Below are positions 9,444-18,750 of a DNA stretch of 47,553 bases, piece after piece. Positions within the stretch are counted from its first letter, which is position 1. Each line of letters begins with the position of its first letter. The position numbers were made by a program, and so were the translations under genes. Below the pieces are notes generated by a model. That model did no database searches. It saw nothing but the letters and a program-made list of their open reading frames with translations, and was not told the DNA's origin. Source of the stretch: an uncultured Gammaproteobacteria bacterium (GTDB taxonomy: Bacteria; Pseudomonadota; Gammaproteobacteria; Thiohalorhabdales; CAYUWI01); NCBI GenBank assembly GCA_964448275.1, contig CAYUWI010000002.1:1-47553 (forward strand), in the 5' to 3' direction.

Positions 9444-10796
9444 GTGACATCCCACTACGATTTTATTGTGATCGGCGGAGGCAGTGGGGGCTTGGCTGCG
9501 GCAAAACGGGCCGCGCATTATGGGGCCCGCACGGTGGTAATAGAGAAGGGCCCACTCGGGGGAACCTGCGTCAATGTCGGTTGCATCCCGAAAAAGGTGA
9601 TGTGGAATACGGCCACCCTCGCTGAGGCATTCCACGATGCCCCAGACTATGGATTTGAGCTTGAATTATCCGGATTCGATTGGCAAGGCCTAAAAAGGGC
9701 CCGCGATGCCCATATCAAGCAGCTCAATGAAAATCACCGCCGCCATTTAGAACGGGCTGGCGTTGATCTGGTTGAGGCAAACGCCCAGTTTGTAAATAAG
9801 GAAACCATCGAGACAAAAGGGAATCAGTACACCAGTGATCATATCCTGATTGCAACCGGAAGCCATCCTGAAATCCCCGCAGTCCCGGGAGCTGAACTCG
9901 GGATAACATCCGACGACTTTTTCCAGCTGGAATACCAGCCCGGTCACGTAGCCATTATCGGGAGTGGTTACATCGCTGTTGAGCTTGCCGGGATCCTTAA
10001 CGCCTTAGGCTCTGAGGTCACGCTCTTCCTGCGTCGCCAACACCCGTTGACCCGATTTGATCCCCTTCTCCAAGAGGGCCTGACCGAAGCAATGAATCTG
10101 GCCGGAATCCAGTTCGTAACCGAAACCCAAGTCGCTTCATTAGAGCAGCTACAGAATAAGTGTTACGCCGTGGTATCGGCCCATGGAAGGCGCACAGGGG
10201 GGTTCGACTGTGTCCTGTGGGCGACCGGCCGTCCACCAAGCGTGAGTAGCTTGCACCTTGAGGCTGCCGGGGTCACGATCACCCCCGAGGGCGGGATCTG
10301 GGTAGACAAGTTCCAAAATACCACCAGTCCTGGCATATATGCTGTGGGCGATGTCACCAACCGTGCCCCCTTGACTCCAGTAGCGATCGCCGCTGGCCGG
10401 AAGCTCGCGGACCGAGTCTTTGGGGGGCAACAAGGGGCAAGGCTCGATTATCGCAATATCCCATCAGTGGTTTTTAGCCATCCCCCTATCGGCACGGTCG
10501 GGTTGACACAGAAAGAAGCCGAAGCACATTACGGACCAGAGGGATACAAGGCCTATACAACTCGTTTCAAAGACACCTATTACGTCCCTTGTAGGCGTCA
10601 AATTTCTACGGCGATGAAGGTAATTACAGCCGGTCCAGAGGAACACTTGGTCGGTATCCACGTCATCGGTCGCGGAGCCGATGAGATGATCCAAGGATTC
10701 GCAGTAGCTGTGAAGGCCGGCGCGACCAAGGCCGATCTGGAGAGCTCTGTGGCGATCCATCCAACCTCCGCCGAGGAGCTGGTGTTGATTGGATAG
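9444..10796 (+). CDS. gor: glutathione-disulfide reductase
   Basis: 450-aa ORF with DFIVIGGGSGG, the redox centre GGTCVNVGCIPKK and the C-terminal motif HPTSAEE. Confidence 0.9.
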   Translation: MTSHYDFIVIGGGSGGLAAAKRAAHYGARTVVIEKGPLGGTCVNVGCIPKKVMWNTATLAEAFHDAPDYGFELELSGFDWQGLKRARDAHIKQLNENHRRHLERAGVDLVEANAQFVNKETIETKGNQYTSDHILIATGSHPEIPAVPGAELGITSDDFFQLEYQPGHVAIIGSGYIAVELAGILNALGSEVTLFLRRQHPLTRFDPLLQEGLTEAMNLAGIQFVTETQVASLEQLQNKCYAVVSAHGRRTGGFDCVLWATGRPPSVSSLHLEAAGVTITPEGGIWVDKFQNTTSPGIYAVGDVTNRAPLTPVAIAAGRKLADRVFGGQQGARLDYRNIPSVVFSHPPIGTVGLTQKEAEAHYGPEGYKAYTTRFKDTYYVPCRRQISTAMKVITAGPEEHLVGIHVIGRGADEMIQGFAVAVKAGATKADLESSVAIHPTSAEELVLIG

Positions 10797-10820
10797 GCAG
10801 CCCATCAGGCGGAAAGAGCA

Positions 10821-11693
10821 TCAATGGATCCGTCCAAGGATCCCCTCCAGCTCTTCCAAAGAGCTATATTCGATAACCAAGCGACCTTTGTTCTTCTTCT
10901 GCGTGATCTGTACTCGGGCCCCAAGGCGCTCACCGAGCTCTTGCTCTAATTGCTCGACGTTCGGATCTTTACGAGTAGCTCGCCGGCCAGTCGAGGGTTG
11001 GTTTTGCTCTCTCGCTTTGAGGTAGTGGCGCACACGATCCTCGGTAGCCCTGACAGAGAGCCCCTGTTGGATTACCTCGTGAGCGATCTCTTCTAATTGA
11101 TTTGGATCTTCTAGGGAGAGTAGGGAGCGAGCGTGCCCCATCCGGAGTTGGCCCTCCTCGAGGGCTTTTTGAATCTCAAGGGGCAAGCTTAGTAAGCGCA
11201 GGCTATTGGAAACTGCAGTCCGACTACGGGCGACCTGTGTCGCCACCCCTTCATGGGTTAGATCAAACTCTTGAATCAGTCGTTGGAAGGCTTGGGCCTC
11301 TTCAATGGGAGTCAATTCTTCGCGCTGGATATTTTCGATCAAGGCGATTGCCAAGGCTTGGTCCGAAGTAAGCGATCTTACGAGTGCCGGAACTGTGTCT
11401 AAGTTTACCATCCGGGCCGCTCGCCAGCGGCGCTCGCCCACAATCAGTTCATACCCCCTACCCTCTGACCTCTCCCGAACCACTAAGGGCTGGACCATCC
11501 CGTGGAGGCGGATACTCTCGGCCAATTCCTGAAGGGCTACCTCATCCAACTGTCGACGCGGTTGTGACTCCCCTGGGTGGATCAGATCCACCGGGAGGTT
11601 GTAGATCTCCCCCCCCTCATCGGCGCCTTCATCCGGACTGCCCTGGTTCAATAGGGAATCCAATCCGCGGCCCAAACCTCGCCTCTGCGTCAT
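10821..11693 (-). CDS. parB: chromosome partitioning protein ParB
   Basis: ParB-box motif LIVGERRWRAARM, an HTH region, and a C-terminal dimerisation segment (GRLVIEYSSLEELEGIL). There is a 4-nt overlap with parA. Confidence 0.9.
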   Translation of the reverse strand: MTQRRGLGRGLDSLLNQGSPDEGADEGGEIYNLPVDLIHPGESQPRRQLDEVALQELAESIRLHGMVQPLVVRERSEGRGYELIVGERRWRAARMVNLDTVPALVRSLTSDQALAIALIENIQREELTPIEEAQAFQRLIQEFDLTHEGVATQVARSRTAVSNSLRLLSLPLEIQKALEEGQLRMGHARSLLSLEDPNQLEEIAHEVIQQGLSVRATEDRVRHYLKAREQNQPSTGRRATRKDPNVEQLEQELGERLGARVQITQKKNKGRLVIEYSSLEELEGILGRIH

Positions 11694-12484
11694 ACCGATG
11701 TCCTCTCACCCATAAGCTCACGTGCGAGATCCCTATAGGACTCTGCGCCCCGACAGGCTGCGTCATAATAAACGACTGGTTGGCCAAAGCTTGGTGCTTC
11801 CCCGAGTCGAACATTACGTGGGATGATGGTGGAACAAACCTGATGACCAAAGTGGCTTTGGATCTCTTCGGCCACCTGATGGGAAAGGTTGTTGCGACTA
11901 TCGTACATAGTCAGGAGCAATCCTTCGATACGGAGCTGGGGATTACCCTGGCGGCGGACCCGTTGAATGATATCCAGGGCCTGAGAGACCCCTTCCAAGG
12001 CGTAGTATTCGCACTGTATTGGAAGAAGCACACTGTGAGCGGCGATTAATGCGTTGACCGTCAAAAGATTGAGGGAGGGGGGACAATCAATAAGGATGTA
12101 GTTGTACTCGGCTTGGATGGGGGCTAGCGTCTTTCGCAAGCGCTTTTGTCGGTCTTCCTTCTCCACCAACTCCACTTCGGCCCCCGATAGCTCCGCATTA
12201 CTGGGGATCAAATCAGGTCCAGGAGGGCTGCCTTGACCAGAAAGTATCGCCTCTCGCGCAGCAATTTCGGCCATTAAAACAGGATAGCTGGTCAGCTCTT
12301 GCGCATTCTTGTCATACCCCAAACCCATGGTTGCGTTACCTTGAGGATCAAGGTCGACCACAAGGACGGCGGATCCGGCAAGTGCCAGTGAAGCCCCAAG
12401 GTTTACCGAAGTCGTCGTCTTTCCTACCCCACCCTTTTGATTGGCGACGGCAATCACCCTGCCCATTTCCCGCTCCTTGTACAT
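11690..12484 (-). CDS. parA: chromosome partitioning ATPase ParA/Soj
   Basis: Deviant Walker A (NQKGGVGKTTT) and Walker B (ILIDCPPSL). The true start may be the ATG at 12466 (MGRVIAV...). Confidence 0.9.
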   Translation of the reverse strand: MYKEREMGRVIAVANQKGGVGKTTTSVNLGASLALAGSAVLVVDLDPQGNATMGLGYDKNAQELTSYPVLMAEIAAREAILSGQGSPPGPDLIPSNAELSGAEVELVEKEDRQKRLRKTLAPIQAEYNYILIDCPPSLNLLTVNALIAAHSVLLPIQCEYYALEGVSQALDIIQRVRRQGNPQLRIEGLLLTMYDSRNNLSHQVAEEIQSHFGHQVCSTIIPRNVRLGEAPSFGQPVVYYDAACRGAESYRDLARELMGERTSV

Positions 12485-12556
12485 AGAGCCTCAGTTCACC
12501 TCCTCGCACCATATTATCCAATTTTTCTTAATTTGTTTGTCCCGTCCCTGAAACCT

Positions 12557-12572
12557 CGTTCCACGTGAAACC
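12557..12572. promoter_or_regulatory. parS-like centromere site
   Basis: CGTTCCACGTGAAACC matches 14 of 16 positions of the TGTTNCACGTGAAACA consensus. It lies in the mnmG-parA spacer, directly upstream of parAB. Confidence 0.7.
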
Positions 12573-12699
12573 CAGCTTAGCCTACTAGGCCACGGTTGCC
12601 CCCCAAGCCCAGCACAATCACACCACAAGCCCGGTCTGGATCTTCAAATCGTGCAAATCTATTGGAACGGTCTGGAGAACGAGCCCCAGGGAGCTTAAT

Positions 12700-14580
12700 C
12701 TATTGCGCGCCCTGGCCGAAATGTCGTTTGGCATGCACTGAGAGAAGAGAGAGAGCCGCCGGAGTGACCCCTTGAATACGTGAGGCTTGGGCAAGTGTTC
12801 GGGGACGAGCGGCCTCGAGACGTTCTACCACCTCCGCAGACAAACCACTGATGGCCGTGAACTCGAGATCTTCCGGTAGTCCCTGATCCATCACTCCAGA
12901 GAGGTGTTCGAGTTGAGCCCGATCCCGCTCGATGTAGCCGGCGTACTTGAGCTCGATCTCTGCCTTGCGAAGCACTTCATCTGGGTATGTCTGGACCTCC
13001 AAGTGTGGGTAAAGCGTCCCTACTTGCTCCACGCCAACCTGAGGTCGCCGGACTAGATCCGCAAGGCGGCAAGGCTTGCTAAGGGTATCGCCGAGGAGCT
13101 CTTTCGTGGACTCGGTATCCAGCTTTTGGGGGGTCACCCAAGTCTCTTCCAGGGTCTGTGTAAGGGTCTCTAGCAACCTCGCCTTGGTGCAAAAGCGCAT
13201 CCACCGCTCCTCACCGACCAGACCGAGCTCTCGGCCCAACGGGGTCAATCGGGAATCGGCATTGTCTTCCCGCAGTAAGAGCCGATACTCCGCCCGCGAA
13301 GTAAACATCCGGTACGGTTCATCTACGCCACGAGTGATCAGATCATCCACCATGACCCCTAGATAGCCGATATCCCGCTCCGGACACCAGACCTCGCGAT
13401 CTTGGGTCCGGAGGGCCGCGTTTGTTCCTGCTAAGATTCCTTGAGCAGCGGCCTCCTCGTAACCGGTCGTTCCATTGATCTGCCCTGCCAGAAAGAAACC
13501 CTCAGCACCTCTCACTGCTAGGCTCGCTTCCAGCTGACGCGGATCCAGGAAATCATATTCGATAGCGTAGCCGTAACGGGTAAGGCGCGCCTCTTCGAGG
13601 CCAGGGATGGTGGTGACTAATTCTTCCTGGACTTCCCGTGGGAGGCTCGTCGAGACCCCATTGGGGTAAACCTCAGTCGTGTACAACCCCTCTGGCTCGA
13701 TAAATATAGTATGGTAGTCCCGATCTGGGAATCGGGCTACCTTGTCTTCGATCGAGGGGCAGTAGCGCGGGCCAGCCCCTTGGATCGCCCCTGAGAAAAT
13801 CGGCGACTCTTGCATCGCCTGGTGGACCACCTTGTGTCCTTCAGGGGTAGTATGCGTTTGATAGCATGAAACCTGTGGAAGTGGATTCGGTGTCTCTAGC
13901 TCCGATAACCACGGACGGGGCTCCTCTCCTGGTTGGCTCTCCAGCCGGCTCCAGTGGATGGTCCGTCCATCGATTCGGGGCGGTGTACCGGTCTTGAGGC
14001 GCCCCACACGGAACCCTTCGGCCCGGAGCCAATCCGACAGACCCAAAGAGGGGGCCTCGCCAGCCCGACCTCCTATATTTTGAGACTTCCCCATATGGAT
14101 CCGACCAGCGAGGAAGGTCCCGGTGGTCAACACGAGCTGGCTGCACTTCAGGCTTCCCCCTCCTTCCAGGACCACCCCGCAGATCCGGTGACCCTCAATC
14201 CAGATCCTCTCCACGTTCCCCTGCAGGATATTCAATCCGGGTTGCGAGAAGACTGCCAGTTGAACGGCCCGACGATAGGCCATCCGATCTGTTTGGGCGC
14301 GAGTCGCTCGAACTGCCGGGCCTTTGCGACGATTGAGGACTCGGACCTGGATGGCAGCCTGGTCGGCTGCTCGAGCCATAACCCCATCGAGGGCATCGAC
14401 CTCTCGGACGAGTTGGGATTTGCCTAACCCCCCAATCGCCGGGTTACAGGACATCTGGCCGATTGTATCCAGATTCTGGGTCACCAGTAGGGTCCGAACC
14501 CCCATACGGGCAGAGGCCGCAGCAGCCTCGACCCCCGCATGGCCTCCACCTATCACAAGGACATCGAATCGTTCTCTCAT
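12700..14580 (-). CDS. mnmG: tRNA uridine-5-carboxymethylaminomethyl(34) synthesis enzyme MnmG (GidA)
   Basis: 626-aa ORF with FDVLVIGGGHAGVEAA and full-length resemblance to GidA. ATGA overlap with mnmE. Confidence 0.95.
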   Translation of the reverse strand: MRERFDVLVIGGGHAGVEAAAASARMGVRTLLVTQNLDTIGQMSCNPAIGGLGKSQLVREVDALDGVMARAADQAAIQVRVLNRRKGPAVRATRAQTDRMAYRRAVQLAVFSQPGLNILQGNVERIWIEGHRICGVVLEGGGSLKCSQLVLTTGTFLAGRIHMGKSQNIGGRAGEAPSLGLSDWLRAEGFRVGRLKTGTPPRIDGRTIHWSRLESQPGEEPRPWLSELETPNPLPQVSCYQTHTTPEGHKVVHQAMQESPIFSGAIQGAGPRYCPSIEDKVARFPDRDYHTIFIEPEGLYTTEVYPNGVSTSLPREVQEELVTTIPGLEEARLTRYGYAIEYDFLDPRQLEASLAVRGAEGFFLAGQINGTTGYEEAAAQGILAGTNAALRTQDREVWCPERDIGYLGVMVDDLITRGVDEPYRMFTSRAEYRLLLREDNADSRLTPLGRELGLVGEERWMRFCTKARLLETLTQTLEETWVTPQKLDTESTKELLGDTLSKPCRLADLVRRPQVGVEQVGTLYPHLEVQTYPDEVLRKAEIELKYAGYIERDRAQLEHLSGVMDQGLPEDLEFTAISGLSAEVVERLEAARPRTLAQASRIQGVTPAALSLLSVHAKRHFGQGAQ

Positions 14581-15932
14581 TTCCCTATGCAGAATGTAGC
14601 AAAGATCCGACCGAGGAACTCGTCGGAGTGTATCCGGCCTGTAATCTCCCCGAGGGCTTCCTGTGCTCGCAGCAGATCCTGGGCAATCAAGTCGCCGCTA
14701 CCAAACTCGCTAAGGGTCTTTGCCGCTTGATCAAGTTCTTCCCCCACGCAATGAAGGAGCTCAACGTGGCGTTGCCGAGCCCCTAAAGGGCTCGTCGGGG
14801 CCCCGGGGTCCAGGAACCCACTCAAGGCCTGAATAAGCGGCTCTAAGCCTTTGACGTCGTGTATCGAGACACTCGGCTCATCTGGAGGTATCGCTTGCCC
14901 CCCAACATTAAGGTCCGTCTTGGTCCAGACCCGAAGAAGTCGGTCTTCTGGGAGGACTTGCCATTCGGCAGCGTCCTCATGTTCCCATCCTACACTCGAA
15001 TCCACTAGGTATAAAATTAGATCGGCGTTGACCACTTGATCCCGGGTACGTCGTACCCCTTCAATCTCAATCGAGTCGTTGGTCTCTCGCAGACCTGCTG
15101 TGTCGATCAACTCCACGGGATAGCCAGCGACTTCGACTGCCTCTCGCAGGACATCTCGGGTGGTCCCGGCGCGTTCGGTCACGATCGCACTCTCGCGCCC
15201 ACTCAGGTGGTTGAGGAGAGTTGATTTCCCGGCGTTCGGGCGACCCACTATGACAACCTTGTAGCCTTGGCCCAGCCGGACCCCGCAAGTGGCCCGTCGG
15301 TGCAACTCAATGACTCGGGTACGCAAGTCATTGATTCGACGCACGATGCCAGCCTCTTCAAGGAAATCAACATCCTCATCCGGAAAGTCAAGAGCCCCCT
15401 CGACGAAGACGCGCAGATTGGTGATTTCCTCGACCAACTGATCGACCTGGCGTCCGAACTCTCCCTCTAGGGAGCGCAGGGCGGCCCGCGCACCGGCTCG
15501 GGTATCAGCCTCAATAAGGGCAGCCACCGCCTCGGCCTGGCTGAGATCGAGCCGATCATTTAAAAAGGCGCGGTGAGTGAACTCACCTGGCTCCGCCGGT
15601 GCTGCTCCGAGCTGGAAAATGGCCTCGAGCACCCCATGCAAAACAGCGGGTCCACCGTGGCCGTGGCATTCCACTACATCCTCACCGGTATATGAGTGGG
15701 GGGCGGAGAAATAGGCGATGAGACCCTCGTCCAGTGGGTCTCCTAGGGTATCCCGGAAGGTAGCAAAGTGGCAGTAACGCGGAGTCAGCCAAGACCGCCC
15801 ACTAAGGCGTAGACCGATCTCCTGGGCCCTCGGACCGGACACTCGGATTACCCCGATTCCCCCTCGGCCAGGAGGGGTAGCAATGGCAGCGATGGTCCGG
15901 CGATTTAGCCGGTCTTGCGCATGATCCACCAT
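14577..15932 (-). CDS. mnmE: tRNA modification GTPase MnmE (TrmE)
   Basis: N-terminal motif IAAIATPPGRGGIGVIRVSG; G domain GRPNAGKSTLLN / DTAGLR / TKTDL; C-terminal motif FCIGK. Confidence 0.95.
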   Translation of the reverse strand: MVDHAQDRLNRRTIAAIATPPGRGGIGVIRVSGPRAQEIGLRLSGRSWLTPRYCHFATFRDTLGDPLDEGLIAYFSAPHSYTGEDVVECHGHGGPAVLHGVLEAIFQLGAAPAEPGEFTHRAFLNDRLDLSQAEAVAALIEADTRAGARAALRSLEGEFGRQVDQLVEEITNLRVFVEGALDFPDEDVDFLEEAGIVRRINDLRTRVIELHRRATCGVRLGQGYKVVIVGRPNAGKSTLLNHLSGRESAIVTERAGTTRDVLREAVEVAGYPVELIDTAGLRETNDSIEIEGVRRTRDQVVNADLILYLVDSSVGWEHEDAAEWQVLPEDRLLRVWTKTDLNVGGQAIPPDEPSVSIHDVKGLEPLIQALSGFLDPGAPTSPLGARQRHVELLHCVGEELDQAAKTLSEFGSGDLIAQDLLRAQEALGEITGRIHSDEFLGRIFATFCIGK

Positions 15933-17554
15933 TGCTGGGCAATGGAAAGAAGGTTGTTACTAAACCAGTAAAGGACCAGACCTGCGGGGAACTGGGTGAA
16001 GAAGAGCGTCAGTGCCACGGGGAGTGCCATCATGACCTTCTTCTGGGTCGGATCCATCGGGCTTGGACTCATTAACTGCTGAGCCGCCATCGAACCACCC
16101 ATAAGGACCGGCAACACATAGTAGGGATCCTGGGCGGCAAGGTCATCAATCCACCCGATGAATGGCTGGTGTCGTAGTTCCACACTTTCGAGCAAGACCC
16201 AGTACAGGGCGATAAAGACCGGAATCTGGACAAGGATCGGCAAACACCCCCCAAGGGGATTAACCTTCTCCTCGGTATAGATCTGCCGCATCGCCTCGCC
16301 CATTTTTGCACGATCATCTCCATAATCGCGTTTGGCTTGTTCAAGGCGAGGTTGGACCTTACGGAGCTTGGCCATGGACCGATAACTCATCGAGAACAGG
16401 GGATAGAAAATCAGTTTAATTACGATGATGAGCAAGATAATGGCTACCCCGTAGTTCCCGACCCACGTGTAGAAGAACTGCAGCACCTGGAACAAAGGGA
16501 GAGCGATAAATGAGAGGATCCCATAATCCACAGCACGATGGAGCCCACGACCAACCCCTTTGAGGATGCTTTGATCCTTGGGACCCAAGTACAGACTCGC
16601 GCTTGCAGAGGCCGTCTCACCCGCCTCGAGGCTTGGAAAGGACTTCCAAAACCCAGCGAAGGCTTGCCCCTCTTGGCCGCGGACAAACAGGGTGTTGGAC
16701 TCATCGGGGGCCGGAAGCCAAGCGGCGAGGAAGTAGCGGTCCATCACCCCTGTCCAACCGTAGGAAGACTGCTTTTGGTAAGGGTTTTCCCGCAGGTCTG
16801 CAAGGGAGAAGGTCAACATCTCATCGTTGGCGAAGGCTACCGGACCGTTGTAGGAATAGAGGAAGAACGAGCCTTCCTTCTCCCCTTGGTTGCGCAATTG
16901 TCCGTAGAGATATCCCTGCCAGGGTCGGGGGGAATTGTTCTGGACCGTATAGTCGACCTCGACCTTGTATGAGCCGCGTTCAAAGTGGTACGCCTTGGTA
17001 TAGAGAACCCCCTTGAGTTCCTTCTGGAACGTCACGGTAAGGCGTTTCTGATCCGGCTGCATCTTTAGGTCCTTCTCGGGACCTTGATAGAGCACCCTGT
17101 GATCTGCCAAAGAGGTGTCACCGCGTCGGGTCCAGCCGGATTGGCCGGTCACCTGCCATTGCCCCCGCGGTTTAAGGACCGTGACCGGAGGCGCCTCTTG
17201 CCGATTCTCTGTGCGGTAGGGGAGCAACGAGGCAATCTTGGGATCCCCCCCACGCGTGCTGAATACGACACGCAGCACATCGGTTTCGACTTCGATTGTG
17301 GATCCGGCCGGGGAGTCGGTGGGTCCTTTTGTGCTCGGTGCAGACTTGCCCGCGGGTTCCTGGAGAGAAGGGAGTTCTTTGGTCTTGGGTTTACGTGCCT
17401 CCTTAGGGGCCTCAGTTCTCTCTTGTGGAGATTGTTGCGTTACCTCTTGGCCCTGCTGATAGTAACTAGGATACTGGTACTCTAACCAGAATTGGTAGAG
17501 CCACAGAACGAGAAGGACTAGCCCGGTAGCAATGAGGACGCGTGTGATATCCAT
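15905..17554 (-). CDS. yidC: membrane protein insertase YidC
   Basis: 549-aa ORF with an N-terminal TM segment, a large periplasmic domain and the conserved C-terminal core (GCLPILVQIPVFIALY). Lies in the canonical rnpA-yidD-yidC-mnmE order. Confidence 0.95.
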   Translation of the reverse strand: MDITRVLIATGLVLLVLWLYQFWLEYQYPSYYQQGQEVTQQSPQERTEAPKEARKPKTKELPSLQEPAGKSAPSTKGPTDSPAGSTIEVETDVLRVVFSTRGGDPKIASLLPYRTENRQEAPPVTVLKPRGQWQVTGQSGWTRRGDTSLADHRVLYQGPEKDLKMQPDQKRLTVTFQKELKGVLYTKAYHFERGSYKVEVDYTVQNNSPRPWQGYLYGQLRNQGEKEGSFFLYSYNGPVAFANDEMLTFSLADLRENPYQKQSSYGWTGVMDRYFLAAWLPAPDESNTLFVRGQEGQAFAGFWKSFPSLEAGETASASASLYLGPKDQSILKGVGRGLHRAVDYGILSFIALPLFQVLQFFYTWVGNYGVAIILLIIVIKLIFYPLFSMSYRSMAKLRKVQPRLEQAKRDYGDDRAKMGEAMRQIYTEEKVNPLGGCLPILVQIPVFIALYWVLLESVELRHQPFIGWIDDLAAQDPYYVLPVLMGGSMAAQQLMSPSPMDPTQKKVMMALPVALTLFFTQFPAGLVLYWFSNNLLSIAQQWWIMRKTG

Positions 17555-17621
17555 TATGTGTTAGGGGTGGTAAACTTTGACCTCAAAAATCAGTCGATAA
17601 CGAAGGCACTTCCTCTTTAGG

Positions 17622-17834
17622 TCAAGGCACCGGGTCGTGCCCACCCGGGCAAAAAGGGTGACACCGCAGGAGCCGTCGCAAGGCGAGCCAACCCCCTCTG
17701 AGGCTCCCATAAGAATCGATAGCCACCCGTGCATATTGGCTACAGGTAGGCTGGAAGCGGCAATGGTTTCCGATCCACGGGCCAAGCAACCACTGGTAGA
17801 TCCTCAGACTAAGGAGTAAGCCCCCTTTGACCAT
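17622..17834 (-). CDS. yidD: membrane protein insertion efficiency factor YidD
   Basis: Motifs [11 protein letters not shown] and [12 protein letters not shown]. The start was set to the internal ATG at 17834 (70 aa). It overlaps the 3' end of rnpA. Confidence 0.8.
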   Translation of the reverse strand: MVKGGLLLSLRIYQWLLGPWIGNHCRFQPTCSQYARVAIDSYGSLRGGWLALRRLLRCHPFCPGGHDPVP

Positions 17835-18204
17835 ACACCGCCCTTCTCCACTGCTGTGCGAGATCGCGGAAAAGCTCCCCATGAGAGGCTTGGCCAGCAC
17901 TTGGGCGGGCAGTCACAACAAAATCCCGTCCCCCGAGCTGCTGTGCATGGTGGCGGAAACTTTCTCGAATGAGCCGTTTGATCCGATTGCGGCTCACAGC
18001 GCTCCCCACCTTTCGTCCCACTGCTAGCCCGAGCCGGGGAAAGCACCTGTCATTTGGAGCAACGAAAGTAACAAAATAGCGGCTGACAGAGCGGTGTCCT
18101 TTTTTGAAAACCCGGTTAAACTCACTGGAATTCCGCAGCCGGGCATACTCGGAAAAGTTTGTTTTATCCCGCTTCTCCAGCCCACCCCGCTCTCCACTGA
18201 TCAC
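17809..18204 (-). CDS. rnpA: ribonuclease P protein component
   Basis: Basic protein with [15 protein letters not shown] and the RNR-type motif [13 protein letters not shown]. Lies directly downstream of rpmH. The exact start is uncertain (GTG at 18204). Confidence 0.85.
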   Translation of the reverse strand: MISGERGGLEKRDKTNFSEYARLRNSSEFNRVFKKGHRSVSRYFVTFVAPNDRCFPRLGLAVGRKVGSAVSRNRIKRLIRESFRHHAQQLGGRDFVVTARPSAGQASHGELFRDLAQQWRRAVYGQRGLTP

Positions 18205-18243
18205 CTTCTCCAGTACAGTAAGGTAACAGTGCCCATATTCGAG

Positions 18244-18381
18244 TTATGCGCTCAACCGTTTCCGCCCTTTTGCACGCCGGCGTCGCAAGATCTGACGCCC
18301 CTCCCTTGTTGCCATCCGGGCACGGAAGCCGTGGCGACGTTTCCGCTTGATTTTGCTTGGTTGATAGGTCCGCTTTGGCAT
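18244..18381 (-). CDS. rpmH: 50S ribosomal protein L34
   Basis: Not in the ORF track because it is under 60 aa. My own translation of the minus strand gives [45 protein letters not shown] followed by a stop. Confidence 0.9.
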   Translation of the reverse strand: MPKRTYQPSKIKRKRRHGFRARMATREGRQILRRRRAKGRKRLSA

Positions 18382-18750
18382 CTGATTCCTTGATAGAGGC
18401 CGGGCTCCGCTACTATCGAGGAGTTAAAATGCAGCCCCTTAAAGCTTGATTACTGGATAGACTTGATCCAATTCACAAGAACAAAGGGAGGCAGAGTTGG
18501 CAACCGCCCCCCGAGCTGTTCCTCGTTTCCCCTTTGAAGTGCGCCAATATTACTTAGGAATCTTTCACACTGTCAATGGCCCTTTTATAGCGAGGATTTA
18601 TACGTAGAGACCCTGATGAACTTCGGTCTTTGCAAGGGATCGCAGGAGACCGCCAAGTGATCTCGAGTTGTCATCCCGTTTTGGGGTAGAATAAATAATG
18701 GTTCCGGGAATCCTTTTGAATCTATTTGTTAAATATCTCTGGGGAGACTA

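Noticed and set aside
11384-12049. A 221-aa ORF on the plus strand across parB/parA
   Set aside because: It is antisense to two well-supported genes, has a Pro/Gly/Arg-rich low-complexity composition and carries no recognisable motif. This is a typical shadow ORF in GC-rich DNA.
15905-15932. A 28-nt overlap between the mnmE start and the yidC end, and the yidD/rnpA overlap
   Set aside because: These are ordinary operon compaction or uncertainty in start-codon choice, not evidence of anything unusual.
18452-18472. ACTGGATAG and TGATCCAAT as possible DnaA boxes in the rpmH-dnaN spacer
   Set aside because: Each matches the TTATCCACA consensus at only 6 of 9 positions. That is not distinguishable from chance without a matrix scan.
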